Assembly (NCBI GenBank): GCA_963772145.1
Contig: CAVYVY010000024.1
Location: 130,870 to 194,869 of the forward strand
Direction: 5' to 3'
From: an uncultured bacterium
Lineage (GTDB): Bacteria; Krumholzibacteriota; Krumholzibacteriia; LZORAL124-64-63
Length of the DNA: 64,000 nt
In this document: one piece after another, positions 50,555 through 61,023 of the stretch
Numbering within the stretch: the stretch's first letter is position 1
Layout: every line of letters begins with the position of its first letter
The notes under the pieces: model-generated
The model's input: the letters and a program-made list of their open reading frames with translations, nothing else
Told to the model about the DNA's origin: nothing
Databases searched by the model: none
Made by a program: the position numbers and the translations under genes

Positions 50555-50579
50555 TCCCTCTTGCCGCGACCCCGCGCAC

Positions 50580-50609
50580 GAAGGCGCCCCGGACGTCCGG
50601 GGCGCCTTC
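50580..50609. terminator. Perfect 30-nt palindrome between convergent OMP and ahcY (hairpin terminator candidate, no U-tract)
   Basis: GAAGGCGCCCCGGAC/GTCCGGGGCGCCTTC, read directly from the sequence. Confidence 0.45.
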
Positions 50610-50639
50610 TGCGTGCCTCATGGCCGTGCGGGCCCGGGC

Positions 50640-51916
<1,277 letters not shown>

Positions 51917-51977
51917 TCGTCCTCCCGTCGGTTAGGGATCCGGTTGCCGGACGATCGTGGGTCGGCCCCGCGCCCGG

Positions 51978-53021
51978 TCAGGCACTCACATCAACCGGCG
52001 CGCCGGCGGTATCCGGTCGGGCGGCCACCGCCAGGAACAGTTCCGGCCACCCGCCGCCGTCGCGGCGCCGACGCCCGCCCGCGGGCGGGGCGGCGGCCCG
52101 GGTCGCGTAGGCCAGCGGCGCCAGCCCGGCCTGACGCAGCAGCCGCTCCAGTTCATCCCGCGCGAAACCGAGCCACTGGTGGCCCCGCTCCTCGCGCATC
52201 CAGGCCTGCTCGTGCCGCGTGAAGTCGAGCAGCACGACGCGGCCGCCCGGCCGCACGACCCGCGCCAGTTCGGCCAGAGCCGTGGCCGGCCGCGCCACAT
52301 GCCGCAGCACCATCGAGGCGAACGCGGCATCGCACACGCCATCGCGCAGGGGCAGCGCCTGCACGTCGGCGCGCTGAAAGCTGATCCCCGTCAGCCGTTC
52401 CCGCGCGCACGCTTCGCGCGCCCGCTCCAGCATGGCGGAGCTGCTGTCGACCGCGATCACCCGGCAGCCGGCCGCCGCCAGGAGCGGCAGCAGGGCCCCG
52501 GTGCCGGTGCCGACATCAAGCACCCGCAGCCCGGGCGGGACGAGCGCCGCCACCGCGGCCAGGTGGAGCTCGGAACTTTCGAAGTCCCGGCGGATGTCGT
52601 CCCAGCGCCGGGCCGCCCCGGCGAAAAAGCGCCCCGCCCGCGCGTCCCGCTCGCGCAGAGCCGCGGCCAGCGCGACGTCGTCGGCGACGGCGCCGGGCAG
52701 CGTTCCCGCGGCCGCGAGCACCCCGCCATGCAGGGCGACACCGCCCGCGAAATCGACCGCCGCGACCGCGGCGTACCAGCTCCAGGTCCCTTCGCGCCGC
52801 TGCCGGATCCAGCCCGCCTCGCGCAGCAGGGCCAGATGCCGGGAAACCTGCGGCTGCCCCGCCCCCAGGATCCGCACGAGTTCCTGCACGTTCAGCTCTT
52901 CCCGCCGCAACAGCCACAACAAACGCAGCCGGGTCGGGTCGCTCACCGCCCGCAGGATCTCCTGGGGGGCGGGCGCCGACGCCCCGGGCTGGCTGGAGGC
53001 TATATATCCATTCATACGCAT
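51978..53021 (-). CDS. sahR: ArsR-type wHTH fused to a SAM-methyltransferase-like domain (SahR-like SAH-responsive regulator)
   Basis: ILRAVSDPTRLRLLWLLRREELNVQELVRILGAGQPQVSRHLALLREAGWI, then LRVLDVGTGTGALLPLLA...VIAVDSSSAML...PGGRVVLLDF. It lies directly upstream of ahcY, and the architecture matches the described SahR family. Intact. Confidence 0.65.
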   Translation of the reverse strand: MRMNGYIASSQPGASAPAPQEILRAVSDPTRLRLLWLLRREELNVQELVRILGAGQPQVSRHLALLREAGWIRQRREGTWSWYAAVAAVDFAGGVALHGGVLAAAGTLPGAVADDVALAAALRERDARAGRFFAGAARRWDDIRRDFESSELHLAAVAALVPPGLRVLDVGTGTGALLPLLAAAGCRVIAVDSSSAMLERAREACARERLTGISFQRADVQALPLRDGVCDAAFASMVLRHVARPATALAELARVVRPGGRVVLLDFTRHEQAWMREERGHQWLGFARDELERLLRQAGLAPLAYATRAAAPPAGGRRRRDGGGWPELFLAVAARPDTAGAPVDVSA

Positions 53022-53029
53022 TAATGAAT
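53010..53029. promoter_or_regulatory. Inverted repeat ATTCAT-N8-ATGAAT overlapping the sahR-like start codon
   Basis: ATTCAT at 53010-53015 and ATGAAT at 53024-53029, inside the only AT-rich patch of the glcF/sahR junction. Confidence 0.35.
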
Positions 53030-53104
53030 ACTAAAGACCGGGGCGGTCGTCAAGTGACGGAATCCGCACTGCCGTGTCGTCGCCACGCACCGCGGAACGA
53101 GGGG

Positions 53105-54421
53105 TCAGGGGGAAACGGCCGGGGCCGCGACGCCGGGCGGGCCGAGGCAGGCGTACCACAGCAGATCGGTCAACGGCAGCACCGGCAAAGCCGGCGAGCG
53201 CTTCCCCAGGGCGGCCTGGATCTGGCCGAGGCAGCCGGGATTGCCGGTCACCACGAGATCCGCTCCGGTCGCGGCCAGGTTGCCCGCCTTGCGCCGGCCC
53301 ATCCGCGCCGACAGGTCCGGATGCAGCAGCGCGTACGGTCCGCCGCTGCCGCAGCAGACCTCCGCCTCCTCCGGTTCGACGAGCGTCAGACCGGGGATGC
53401 GCGCCAGCAGCGCGCGCGGCTCGCGCACGATCCCCTGGCCGTGGCGCGCGTGGCAGGGATCGTGGTAGACGACACGCAGCGGCACCGTTCGCGCCGGCGG
53501 CAGCGACCGCCCGGCCAGCAGCACGGCGGCATCGCGCACCCGGTCCGCCAGCGCGGGCGGGGAATGCCGCAGCTCCAGGCCGCAACCGGCCGCCTCGACC
53601 ACGATCACGTCCACCCCGTCGACCGGCGCGAAGGCCGCCAGATTCACGGCGCGCGACCGGGCCGCTGTCTCGATCTGGCCGGCGTGCGCCGCCAGCGCGC
53701 CGCAGCAGGTCTGTCCCCCGACCTCCACCAGTTCGCAGCCGGCCGCGACGAGCAGCGCGCGCAGGCGACGCTGCGACGCCGGCAGCAGTTCGGCGCTGGC
53801 GCAACCGGCGAACAGGGCAACGCGCAGCGGAGGACCGGACGCGCCGGCCGGCGACGTCAGCGGCGACCTCTCCGCCGCGGGCGGGGGTGTTCGTCCCGCG
53901 CCGGCCCGCGCGGTCAGGCGGTCCAGCAGCCGCACCAGGGCGGCGTCGCCCGGGGACCACGGCACGCTCGCCGCGAGATGCCGCAGCGTCGCCGCCGGTC
54001 CGCGCGCGTCCGGCCCGGCGAAGGCGCGGATCGGAGCCGTCGCGGCACGCAGTCCCCGCAGCACGCCGCGCCGCACCAATAGGGCGGTCATGACCCGGGT
54101 GCCGGCGCCGCGTCGCGCCGCGTGCCCGAGCGCCTTGACCGCCTCGAACAGATCGAGCGCCACGCCGCTCGGGCAGGCGGTGATGCAGGCCTGGCAGCCG
54201 AGACACTGGTCGAAGGCGGTCAGCGCGGACGGCTCGGACGACCGCTCCGGGGCGGCCAGCAGTTCCCCGAGCAGCAGCAGACGCCCGCGCGGCGACTGCG
54301 CCTCGCTGCCGGTGGCGAGATAGGTGGCGCAGTGCGGCAGGCAGAGACCGCACTGGATGCAGGAGCGCAGCAGGTGGTCGAGGCGCGCGCGCAGCGCGGG
54401 GTCATCGAGCGGGACGCTCAT
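53105..54421 (-). CDS. glcF: Glycolate-oxidase-type iron-sulfur subunit (GlcF-like: 2x4Fe-4S plus two CCG domains)
   Basis: CIQCGLCLPHCATY, CLGCQACITACPSG, GQTCCGALAAH, EVCCGSGGPYALLHPD. ATGA overlap with the glcD-E stop. Intact, 438 aa. Confidence 0.85.
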   Translation of the reverse strand: MSVPLDDPALRARLDHLLRSCIQCGLCLPHCATYLATGSEAQSPRGRLLLLGELLAAPERSSEPSALTAFDQCLGCQACITACPSGVALDLFEAVKALGHAARRGAGTRVMTALLVRRGVLRGLRAATAPIRAFAGPDARGPAATLRHLAASVPWSPGDAALVRLLDRLTARAGAGRTPPPAAERSPLTSPAGASGPPLRVALFAGCASAELLPASQRRLRALLVAAGCELVEVGGQTCCGALAAHAGQIETAARSRAVNLAAFAPVDGVDVIVVEAAGCGLELRHSPPALADRVRDAAVLLAGRSLPPARTVPLRVVYHDPCHARHGQGIVREPRALLARIPGLTLVEPEEAEVCCGSGGPYALLHPDLSARMGRRKAGNLAATGADLVVTGNPGCLGQIQAALGKRSPALPVLPLTDLLWYACLGPPGVAAPAVSP

Positions 54422-56937
54422 GGCGTCTCCGCCGGGGTTCGCGGCAGCCACGACGGGCGCGGCAGCCGGTCGCCGGGATCGAACAGCGCCTTCAGCCCCG
54501 CGAGCAGCGGGAGCGACCGCCGGTCGACGGGCGGCGGCGGCTCCGTGAACGCGCCGTCGCGCACGATGGCGTCGCGCTGCCAGGCCTCCGCCACCGCGTC
54601 GAGGCGCGGCTCCGGCGATCCCGCGCCTTGCGGGCGCCGCGCGACCCAGACCAGGCGCGGCGCGGTCTGGAACACGACCCCCTCCCCCGCACCGCCCGGC
54701 CAGCCGCGCGGCGCGCCGCGCGGCGCGAGCAGGTCCCACGTCGCGCCGGCGCGCGCCCACGTCGGCCACCACGGCTGCGTGGCGAGCGTCGCCAGCTGTG
54801 CGAAGGGGAGTCGCGTCTCGTCCAGGTCGCGCAGTCCCGCCGGGCCGAGGAGCGCCGCGAGCCGCGCCGCGCGCCGGTCGAGGTCCCAGGGGCGATCGCG
54901 CCCCCCGGCGACGACCAGCAGCGACCAGCCGTCGTCGGGCGTCCACCGGCCGGCGCACACCGCGCCGGCCAGGTCGGCGCCCCAGGTCGCCAGTTCGCGC
55001 GCCAGCGGAGCCAGGTCGGGCGGCGGCGCGCCGGGCCGGCTGACACCGCGCCAGGCGGCCACGGTCTCGGGCAGCGGCTTGAGTTGCAGCGTCGCCCCGG
55101 TCACGCGCGCCAGCGCCCCGCCCGCCCCGCAGAGCAGCCGCGCCAGATCGTACCCGGCGACGTTCTTGAAGACCGGCGCGCCGGCGCGCAGCGCCCGGCC
55201 GTCGCCGGTCACGGCCCACACCTCGAGCAGCGAATCGCGCAGGGGACCGGTGCCGAGCAGCGAGGGGCCCGGCAGCCCGCGGTCGATCGCCTCGCGCAGC
55301 GAGGAAGCGGCGCCGAGTCCGACGCCGCCCGCCTCGGCAAAGACCGCGCCGCACGGGACCCAGAGACCGCGCGCCAGCGCCAGCGCCTGGATCTCCGCCA
55401 GCGGCGCCTCGCCCGGCGCGCGCACCGTGAGCGAGTCCCAGGCGAAACGGATCTCCGTCGGCGCCGTGGCCGGCGCGCGCGCGGGCGCCGGTGCGCCGGG
55501 CGGCGGCGCCGGCGGCAGCGCCTTGCCCGGGTTGACCAGCCCGCGCGGATCGAACAGCCGTTTCACGCCCCGCATCAGCTCGGCCGCGACCGGGTCGAGC
55601 TGCCGTCCGACCACGTGCAGTTTCTCCAGGCCGACGCCGTGCTCGCCGGTCACACTGCCGTCGAGCGCCAGCGTGGCGGCCAGGATCTCGTCCGCCGCCA
55701 GGTGCGCGCGGCGGGTCAGATCGCCGTCACGCTCGTCGTAGTGGACACCGGGGTGCAGATTGCCATCGCCGGCGTGGAAAGCGGTCGCCACCCGCACGCC
55801 ATGGCGCCGGCCGATCTCGCCGACCTGGCGCACGATCTCCGGCAGCCGCGCCAGCGGCACCACGATGTCCATGGTGACATAGCTGGGCGCGAGGCGTCCC
55901 ACGGCGCCGAACGCCTTCTTGCGGCACCGCCAGAGCGCCGCCCGCTCTTCGTCATCGGCGGCCCGGCGCACCTCGCGGGCGCCGCGCTCGCCCAGCAGCC
56001 GCGCCGCCCGGTCCGCGTCCTCCGCCACCGCCTCGGCCAGCCCGCCGAACTCCACGATCATGGCCGCCTCGACGTCGGTCGGGAAACCGAAGTGGAACGC
56101 CTCCTCCACCGCCTCGAGCATCGCCTGGTCGACCATCTCCACCGCTTCGGGCAGCAGCCCGGTCCCCATCAGAGCCACCACGGCCGCCGTGGCGTCGTCG
56201 AGCCGGGGGAACAGCGCCAGCAGGGTGATCAGCGTCGGCGGTTCCGGGGTCAGCCGCACGCGCGCGGAGGTGACGAGGCCGAGCGTGCCCTCGCTGCCGA
56301 TCAGCAGCGCGCGCAGGTCGAAGCCGCGTTCGTACGGGAGGCCGGACCCGGTGACGCGCGGCTGCCCTTCCGAGTCCACCCACACCAGCGCGAGGACATG
56401 ATTGAGCGTGACGCCGACCTTCAGCGTGTGCGGCCCGCCGGCGTTCTCGGCGACATTGCCACCGATCGTGGCGGCGCTCTGGCTGCTCGGGTCGGGCGCG
56501 AAACAGAGGCCGTACGGGCGCGCCGCCCGGGAGAGACGCTCGTTCACCACGCCGGCCCCGGCGTCGGCGCGACCGGCCTCCGCCGCGATGGTGCAGCGGT
56601 CGAGCCGCGCCAGTCCGATCACCAGCGCGCCCGCGGGCGGCACCGCCCCGCCCGACAGGCCGGTGCCCGCGCCCCGCGCCACCCACGGCACCCCGTGGCG
56701 CGCGCAGGCCGCCACCACGGCGGCCGCCTGCGCGGCGTCGCGCGGCAGGGCCACCCCCAGCGGCGGCCCGCCCGCAAGGTGCGAGGCATCCCGGGCATAG
56801 ACGGCGCGGGCGGCCGGATCGACCAGCAGTCCCCGCGGACCGAGCAGCCGGCGCAGGTCGCGCAGCAGCGCCGGGCCGGCCGACGCGGCGACGGGAGCGG
56901 CGGGACCGCGGGCGGTGGTGACGGGCGGCAGCGGCAA
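54418..56937 (-). CDS. glcD: Fused FAD-linked oxidase GlcD-like (N-terminal ~470 aa) and GlcE-like (C-terminal ~360 aa) protein
   Basis: Single uninterrupted 839-aa ORF. The GlcD part is VPWVARGAGTGLSGGAVP...FAPDPSSQSAATIGGNVAENAGGPH...SEGTLGLVTSARVRL...HAGDGNLHP...GEHGVGLEK...FDPRGLVNPGK. A Pro/Ala linker follows. The GlcE part is PLRDSLLEVWAVTGDGRALRAGAPVFKNVAGYDLARLLCG...LKALFDP. The apparent start codon is TTG. Confidence 0.8.
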   Translation of the reverse strand: MPLPPVTTARGPAAPVAASAGPALLRDLRRLLGPRGLLVDPAARAVYARDASHLAGGPPLGVALPRDAAQAAAVVAACARHGVPWVARGAGTGLSGGAVPPAGALVIGLARLDRCTIAAEAGRADAGAGVVNERLSRAARPYGLCFAPDPSSQSAATIGGNVAENAGGPHTLKVGVTLNHVLALVWVDSEGQPRVTGSGLPYERGFDLRALLIGSEGTLGLVTSARVRLTPEPPTLITLLALFPRLDDATAAVVALMGTGLLPEAVEMVDQAMLEAVEEAFHFGFPTDVEAAMIVEFGGLAEAVAEDADRAARLLGERGAREVRRAADDEERAALWRCRKKAFGAVGRLAPSYVTMDIVVPLARLPEIVRQVGEIGRRHGVRVATAFHAGDGNLHPGVHYDERDGDLTRRAHLAADEILAATLALDGSVTGEHGVGLEKLHVVGRQLDPVAAELMRGVKRLFDPRGLVNPGKALPPAPPPGAPAPARAPATAPTEIRFAWDSLTVRAPGEAPLAEIQALALARGLWVPCGAVFAEAGGVGLGAASSLREAIDRGLPGPSLLGTGPLRDSLLEVWAVTGDGRALRAGAPVFKNVAGYDLARLLCGAGGALARVTGATLQLKPLPETVAAWRGVSRPGAPPPDLAPLARELATWGADLAGAVCAGRWTPDDGWSLLVVAGGRDRPWDLDRRAARLAALLGPAGLRDLDETRLPFAQLATLATQPWWPTWARAGATWDLLAPRGAPRGWPGGAGEGVVFQTAPRLVWVARRPQGAGSPEPRLDAVAEAWQRDAIVRDGAFTEPPPPVDRRSLPLLAGLKALFDPGDRLPRPSWLPRTPAETP

Positions 56938-56991
56938 GGTCTCTCCGCACGCTCAGGTCGCAGGGCGGTCGAAGGGCGTCATGATCCCGTT

Positions 56992-57547
56992 TCAGATCAG
57001 GTCGCGCACGATTTCGGGGCGGGGGTTGGCGATGATCGTGGTCTGGACGAGCATCCCCTTGCCCCGCGCGACCGCCGCGGCGCTCTCCACGGCGGCCGTG
57101 ACCGCCGCCAGCATGCCCCGTGAAGGTGAGGAACGCCTTGCCGCCGAGCGCCATGGCGAGACGCATCTCCAGGAATTCCACCGACGCGGTCTTCGCGGCG
57201 GCGTCGGCCGCCTCGAGCATCGTGGCGACGCTGAAGGTCTCGACCAGGCCGAGGGCGTCGAGCGAGCCGGGCTGGCAGACGTTGCCCATCGCCGGCAGCA
57301 GCGCCGGGTGGGCGTGCGGCAGGATCATCTCGTCGACCAGCGACTCCGCCGCCGTGGCCGCCCCCGCGGCGACGCTCGCGCGGACCGCGCCGACGTCCCC
57401 CTCGACCAGCACGACGTACTTGCCGGAGCAGACGGAGCGGTTCATCAGCAGCCGCACGTCGGCCGCCTTGAGCATGGCGTCGGCCGCCTCGATGCCGCGC
57501 ACGACGCTGCTGGTTTCGATCATGCCGAGGGACGGGTTGCTGCTCAT
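56992..57547 (-). CDS. Tandem-BMC-domain shell protein (BMC-T, PduT-like), one frameshift near 57115
   Basis: LGMIETSSVVRGIEAADAMLKAADVRLLMNRSVCSGKYVVLVEGDVGAVRASVAAG...LLPAMGN...ALGLVETFSVATMLEAADAAAKTASVEFLEMRLAMALGGKAFLTFTG, then (restored) ...AAVTAAVESAAAVARGKGMLVQTTIIANPRPEIVRDLI-stop. It is collinear with my recollection of Salmonella PduT, including the Cys in ..ICPGK. Confidence 0.8.
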
Positions 57548-57577
57548 GCCTGCTCCTTCGCGGCCCGGCCGGCGGGC

Positions 57578-58947
57578 TCAGCCGCGCACGATCACGGTGG
57601 CCGTCTCGCCGACGCCTGCCACGCGCCCGTCGCACGGCGCGTGCACCGGGACCCCCATCTCCCCCTCCGCCACGTCGGCCACCACCTGTCCGCGCGCGAC
57701 GCGCTCGCCCGAGCGCAGCCGCGGCCGTCCGGCCGCCCCGGCGTGCTGCCGGTGCGCCACGGTGAGGGTGTCGGGCAGCGGGGTCAGGTCGCGATACGGC
57801 GCCGGCACGTCGAAACGGCGCAGATCGAGCCGCAGTTTCAGCATCGCCAGCGGCACGAGGCGGCCGTCGCGCAGCGGGTGCGCCGCGCCGCGGTCGGGCG
57901 GCGGCGGCGGCGACCGGCCGGCCCGCGGCGGCGGCCGCGCGCGGCGCGCGTTTCGTCCAGCGGCAGGCATCGCGCGGCGAGAGATCCTCGGGGCAGGCGT
58001 ACAGGTCGCAGAGGCCGCACTCGCAGCAGAGGTTGCCCCAGGCGTCGAAATCGGCGGCGCGGTCGGGACCGAAGCCGAGCCCCCGCATGACCCGATGCGG
58101 TTCGACGGCGTAGCCGAGCAGGTAGCGCGGACAGAACTGCGTGCAGTAGCTGCACTGGTCGCACGCCGAGCGGCCGACGGCGCGCTTGACGCTCTCCGGC
58201 TCGGTGGCGAAGCGGACCAGGCGGTGCGTCGGCGGCAGGAACAGCAGGGCGGCGGTGGTCTTCGTGACGGCGTGGGCCGGGTCGCGCACCGGCCGTCCCA
58301 TCATGGCGCCCCCCTCGAGGGCGATCCACGGCTCCGGCGCCGCCGGCGTAGCCGCCGGCCTGGGCCAGCAGGTCCCCGACCGGCGCGCCCAGCGGCACGG
58401 CCGCCGTGTACGGCCGGCGCACGGCGCCGCAGACGGTCAGCCAGGTCTCGGTGACCGGCTCGCCGTCGAGCGCCGCGGCCAGGTTGACCAGCGTCTCCAC
58501 GTTCTGCACCAGCACGCCCACCTCGGTGGGGAACCCGCCCGGCGGGGGGCGCCGGCCGGTCAGCGCGTGCACGAGCAGGAATTCGTCGCCCGAAGGGTAG
58601 GTGTCGTCGAGCCCGGCCACCTCGAACCCGCGCCGTCGTCCGCAGGCCTGGCGCAACGGCTCCAGCAGCTCGCCGCGCTTCTTCTTCACGGCGATGATCC
58701 GCCGCTTCGCCCCCACCAGTTCCGCCGCCCGCGCCATCCCGTCGAGCAGCCGCGCCGTGCGTCGCTCCATCAGGTGGAGGTCCTTCTCCAGCAGCGGTTC
58801 GCACTCGGCGCCGTTGGCGATGACCGTGTCGGCGGCGGCGCGCAGCTTGAGATGCGTGGGGTAACCGGACCCGCCGGCGCCGACCACGCCGGCGGCGCGG
58901 ATCCGCGCCAGCGACTCGTCCTTGTGTGCGCGACTCACCATGCTCAC
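57578..58947 (-). CDS. PduS/RnfC-like flavin and Fe-S oxidoreductase (Complex1_51K/SLBB + 2x4Fe-4S + C-terminal barrel-sandwich domain), frameshifted
   Basis: SLARIRAAGVVGAGGSGYPTHLKL..DTVIANGAECEPLLEKDLHLME (ORF 57838-58947). CDQCSYCTQFCPRYLLG...CCECGLCDLYACPEDL (ORF 56997-58304). RLRSGERVARGQVVADVAEGEMGVPVHAPCDGRVAGV (ORF 57578-57970). Confidence 0.8.
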
Positions 58948-59060
58948 AGCCGCCCGGGTCGGGAATGCGCGGAAGCCGGCGCCGTGCGGGCCGGCGGCGA
59001 ACCGGCCGGCAGTATAAGCCGGGCCGGGGGCCCCTCACAAGCCCGTCCCCGCCGCTGACA

Positions 59061-59089
59061 TTGACGCTGCCTTGTCACCTGCCTATAAT
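59061..59089 (+). promoter_or_regulatory. Near-consensus sigma70 promoter of etfBA
   Basis: TTGACG (59061-59066), 17 nt, then TATAAT (59084-59089). The inverted repeat TGACA..TGTCA (59056-59060 / 59073-59077) overlaps the -35. An 18-nt palindrome, GCGCCGGACGTCCGGCGC, lies in the leader (59103-59120). Confidence 0.7.
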
Positions 59090-59144
59090 CCCGCCCTTGC
59101 TCGCGCCGGACGTCCGGCGCCGCCGACGGTCACGAGGAGGAACG

Positions 59145-59927
59145 ATGAAGATCGCCGTGCTGGTGAAACAGACGCCCGACTCCGAAACCCGGATCGGCCT
59201 GGCCGGGCCGGCGCCGAAGCTCGACGACTCGAAGTTCACGCGCGTGCTGAACCCCTACGACGCCTACGCCGTCGAGGAGGCCATCCGCATCCGGGAGCGC
59301 ACTCCCGGGACCGAGGTCACCGCCATCACCGTGGGGCCGCTCGACCGGGTGCGCGAGACGATCAAGAAGGACTGCCTCGCGGTCGGCTGCGACAAGGCGA
59401 TCGTGGTCAGCGACCCGGCCCTCGCCGACGCCGACGAGGCGGGCGTGGCGGCGGTCCTGGCGGCCGTCCTGCGGCAGGACGCCTACGACCTGATCCTCTG
59501 CGGCAAGCAGGCGATCGACGACGACGCCGCGCAGGTCGGCGTGCGCGTGGCGGAAATCCTGGGTCTGGCGCACGTCAGCGTCGTGACGAAGCTGGACCTG
59601 GCCGACGGCGCCCTGACCGCCCGGCGCGAGATCGACGGCGGCATCGAGATCGTCACCGCACAGCTGCCGGCGCTCATCACCTGCCAGAAGGGCCTCAACG
59701 AGCCGCGCCTGCCGAGCCTGCCGAACATCATGAAGGCCGGCGCGAAGCCGCTGCAGGTGATCACCTGCGCGGACCTCGGCCTGACGCCGCCCGCGCGGAC
59801 CTACGAGATCCGCCAGTACGCGCCGCCCCCGCCGCGCGCGGCGTGCCGGCTGGTCCAGAACGACGATCCCGCCGCCGCGGCCGCCGAGCTGGCCCGCCTG
59901 CTGCGCGAGGAAGCCAAAGTCATCTGA
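59145..59927 (+). CDS. etfB: Electron transfer flavoprotein beta subunit
   Basis: GAGGAGG RBS. MKIAVLVKQTPDSETRI...LNPYDAYAVEEAIRIRE...LILCGKQAIDDDAAQVGVRVAEILGL...PRLPSLPNIMKA. Intact. Confidence 0.9.
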   Translation: MKIAVLVKQTPDSETRIGLAGPAPKLDDSKFTRVLNPYDAYAVEEAIRIRERTPGTEVTAITVGPLDRVRETIKKDCLAVGCDKAIVVSDPALADADEAGVAAVLAAVLRQDAYDLILCGKQAIDDDAAQVGVRVAEILGLAHVSVVTKLDLADGALTARREIDGGIEIVTAQLPALITCQKGLNEPRLPSLPNIMKAGAKPLQVITCADLGLTPPARTYEIRQYAPPPPRAACRLVQNDDPAAAAAELARLLREEAKVI

Positions 59928-59946
59928 GGAAGAGGGAGCCAGGACG

Positions 59947-60924
59947 ATGCCGAACATCGCCGTCTTCATCGAGCAGCGCGACGGCCAGGTCAGGAAAGTG
60001 GCCTGGCAGATGATCGCCGAAGCCCGCCGTCTCACCGACCAGGCCGGCGGTGAGGTGTGGGGCGTGCATCTGCACGCCGCCGCGTGCGACACGGCGCAGC
60101 ACGCCGGCGCGCACGGCGCGCACCGGCTGTTCACCGCGCAGCACGACCTGTTCAAACTCTACAACAGCGAGGCCTGGACCACCGCGATCGTGACCTTCGC
60201 GCGCGAGCACAAGCCCGACCTCATCCTGATCGGCGCCACCGCCCTGGGCAAGGACCTCGCGCCGAAGGTGGCGCAGCGCCTCGGCGCCGCCTGCATCAGC
60301 GACAGCGTCGCGCTGCGGTACGACGGCGCCGTCTTCGAGGTGCGCCGCCCCATCTACGCCGGCAAGTGCTTCGTGGACGTCGTGCCGAAGACCAGCCCCG
60401 CCGTCGTGGTCGCGCGCCCGAACGCCTTCGCCCTCGGCGCGGGCGACGGCGCCGCCGCCGTCGAGACCCCCTTCGCGCCCGGCGTGGACGGGATCGATCT
60501 GAAGGCGCGCGTGGTCGAAGTGCAGGCGGCGGAAGGCCGGAAGGTCGAATTGACCGAGGCCGAGGTCATCGTCTCCGGCGGCCGCGGCATCAAGGGCCCC
60601 GAGAACTACCACCTGATCGAGGAGCTGGCGGCGAGCCTCGGCGCCGCCGCCGGCGCCAGCCGCGCCATCGTCGACGCCGGCTGGGTCCCCCACGCCCACC
60701 AGGTCGGCCAGACCGGCAAGACGGTCAGCCCCAACCTGTACATCGCCTGCGGCATCAGCGGCGCGATCCAGCACCTGGCCGGCATGTCGTCGAGCAAGTG
60801 CATCGTCGCGATCAACAAGGATCCCAACGCCCCCATCTTCAAGGTCGCCGACTACGGCATCGTGGGCGACCTCTTCCAGGTCGTGCCGGCGCTGCAGGCG
60901 GAGATCGGGAAACTGAAGGGGTAG
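59947..60924 (+). CDS. etfA: Electron transfer flavoprotein alpha subunit
   Basis: [14 protein letters not shown]...[73 protein letters not shown]...[13 protein letters not shown]. Intact. Confidence 0.9.
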   Translation: MPNIAVFIEQRDGQVRKVAWQMIAEARRLTDQAGGEVWGVHLHAAACDTAQHAGAHGAHRLFTAQHDLFKLYNSEAWTTAIVTFAREHKPDLILIGATALGKDLAPKVAQRLGAACISDSVALRYDGAVFEVRRPIYAGKCFVDVVPKTSPAVVVARPNAFALGAGDGAAAVETPFAPGVDGIDLKARVVEVQAAEGRKVELTEAEVIVSGGRGIKGPENYHLIEELAASLGAAAGASRAIVDAGWVPHAHQVGQTGKTVSPNLYIACGISGAIQHLAGMSSSKCIVAINKDPNAPIFKVADYGIVGDLFQVVPALQAEIGKLKG

Positions 60925-61023
60925 AAGCCGGCAATCCTGACTATCCCCAGACCTTGACTGGTTTGGCGGAATTGACTACCATGACGTCAATTTACGTCGA
61001 TAAATGACGACATGGGAGTCGCA

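Noticed and set aside
51917-51977. An SAH riboswitch upstream of ahcY.
   Set aside because: The gap is only 61 nt, and it lacks the conserved SAH-element helices and pseudoknot sequence as far as I can recognise them. Regulation is more plausibly through the adjacent SahR-like protein.
53105-58947. A complete bacterial microcompartment (metabolosome) locus.
   Set aside because: Only one shell-type gene (BMC-T) is present. There is no BMC-H, no BMC-P, no aldehyde dehydrogenase or phosphotransacylase core, and no obvious encapsulation peptide in the window.
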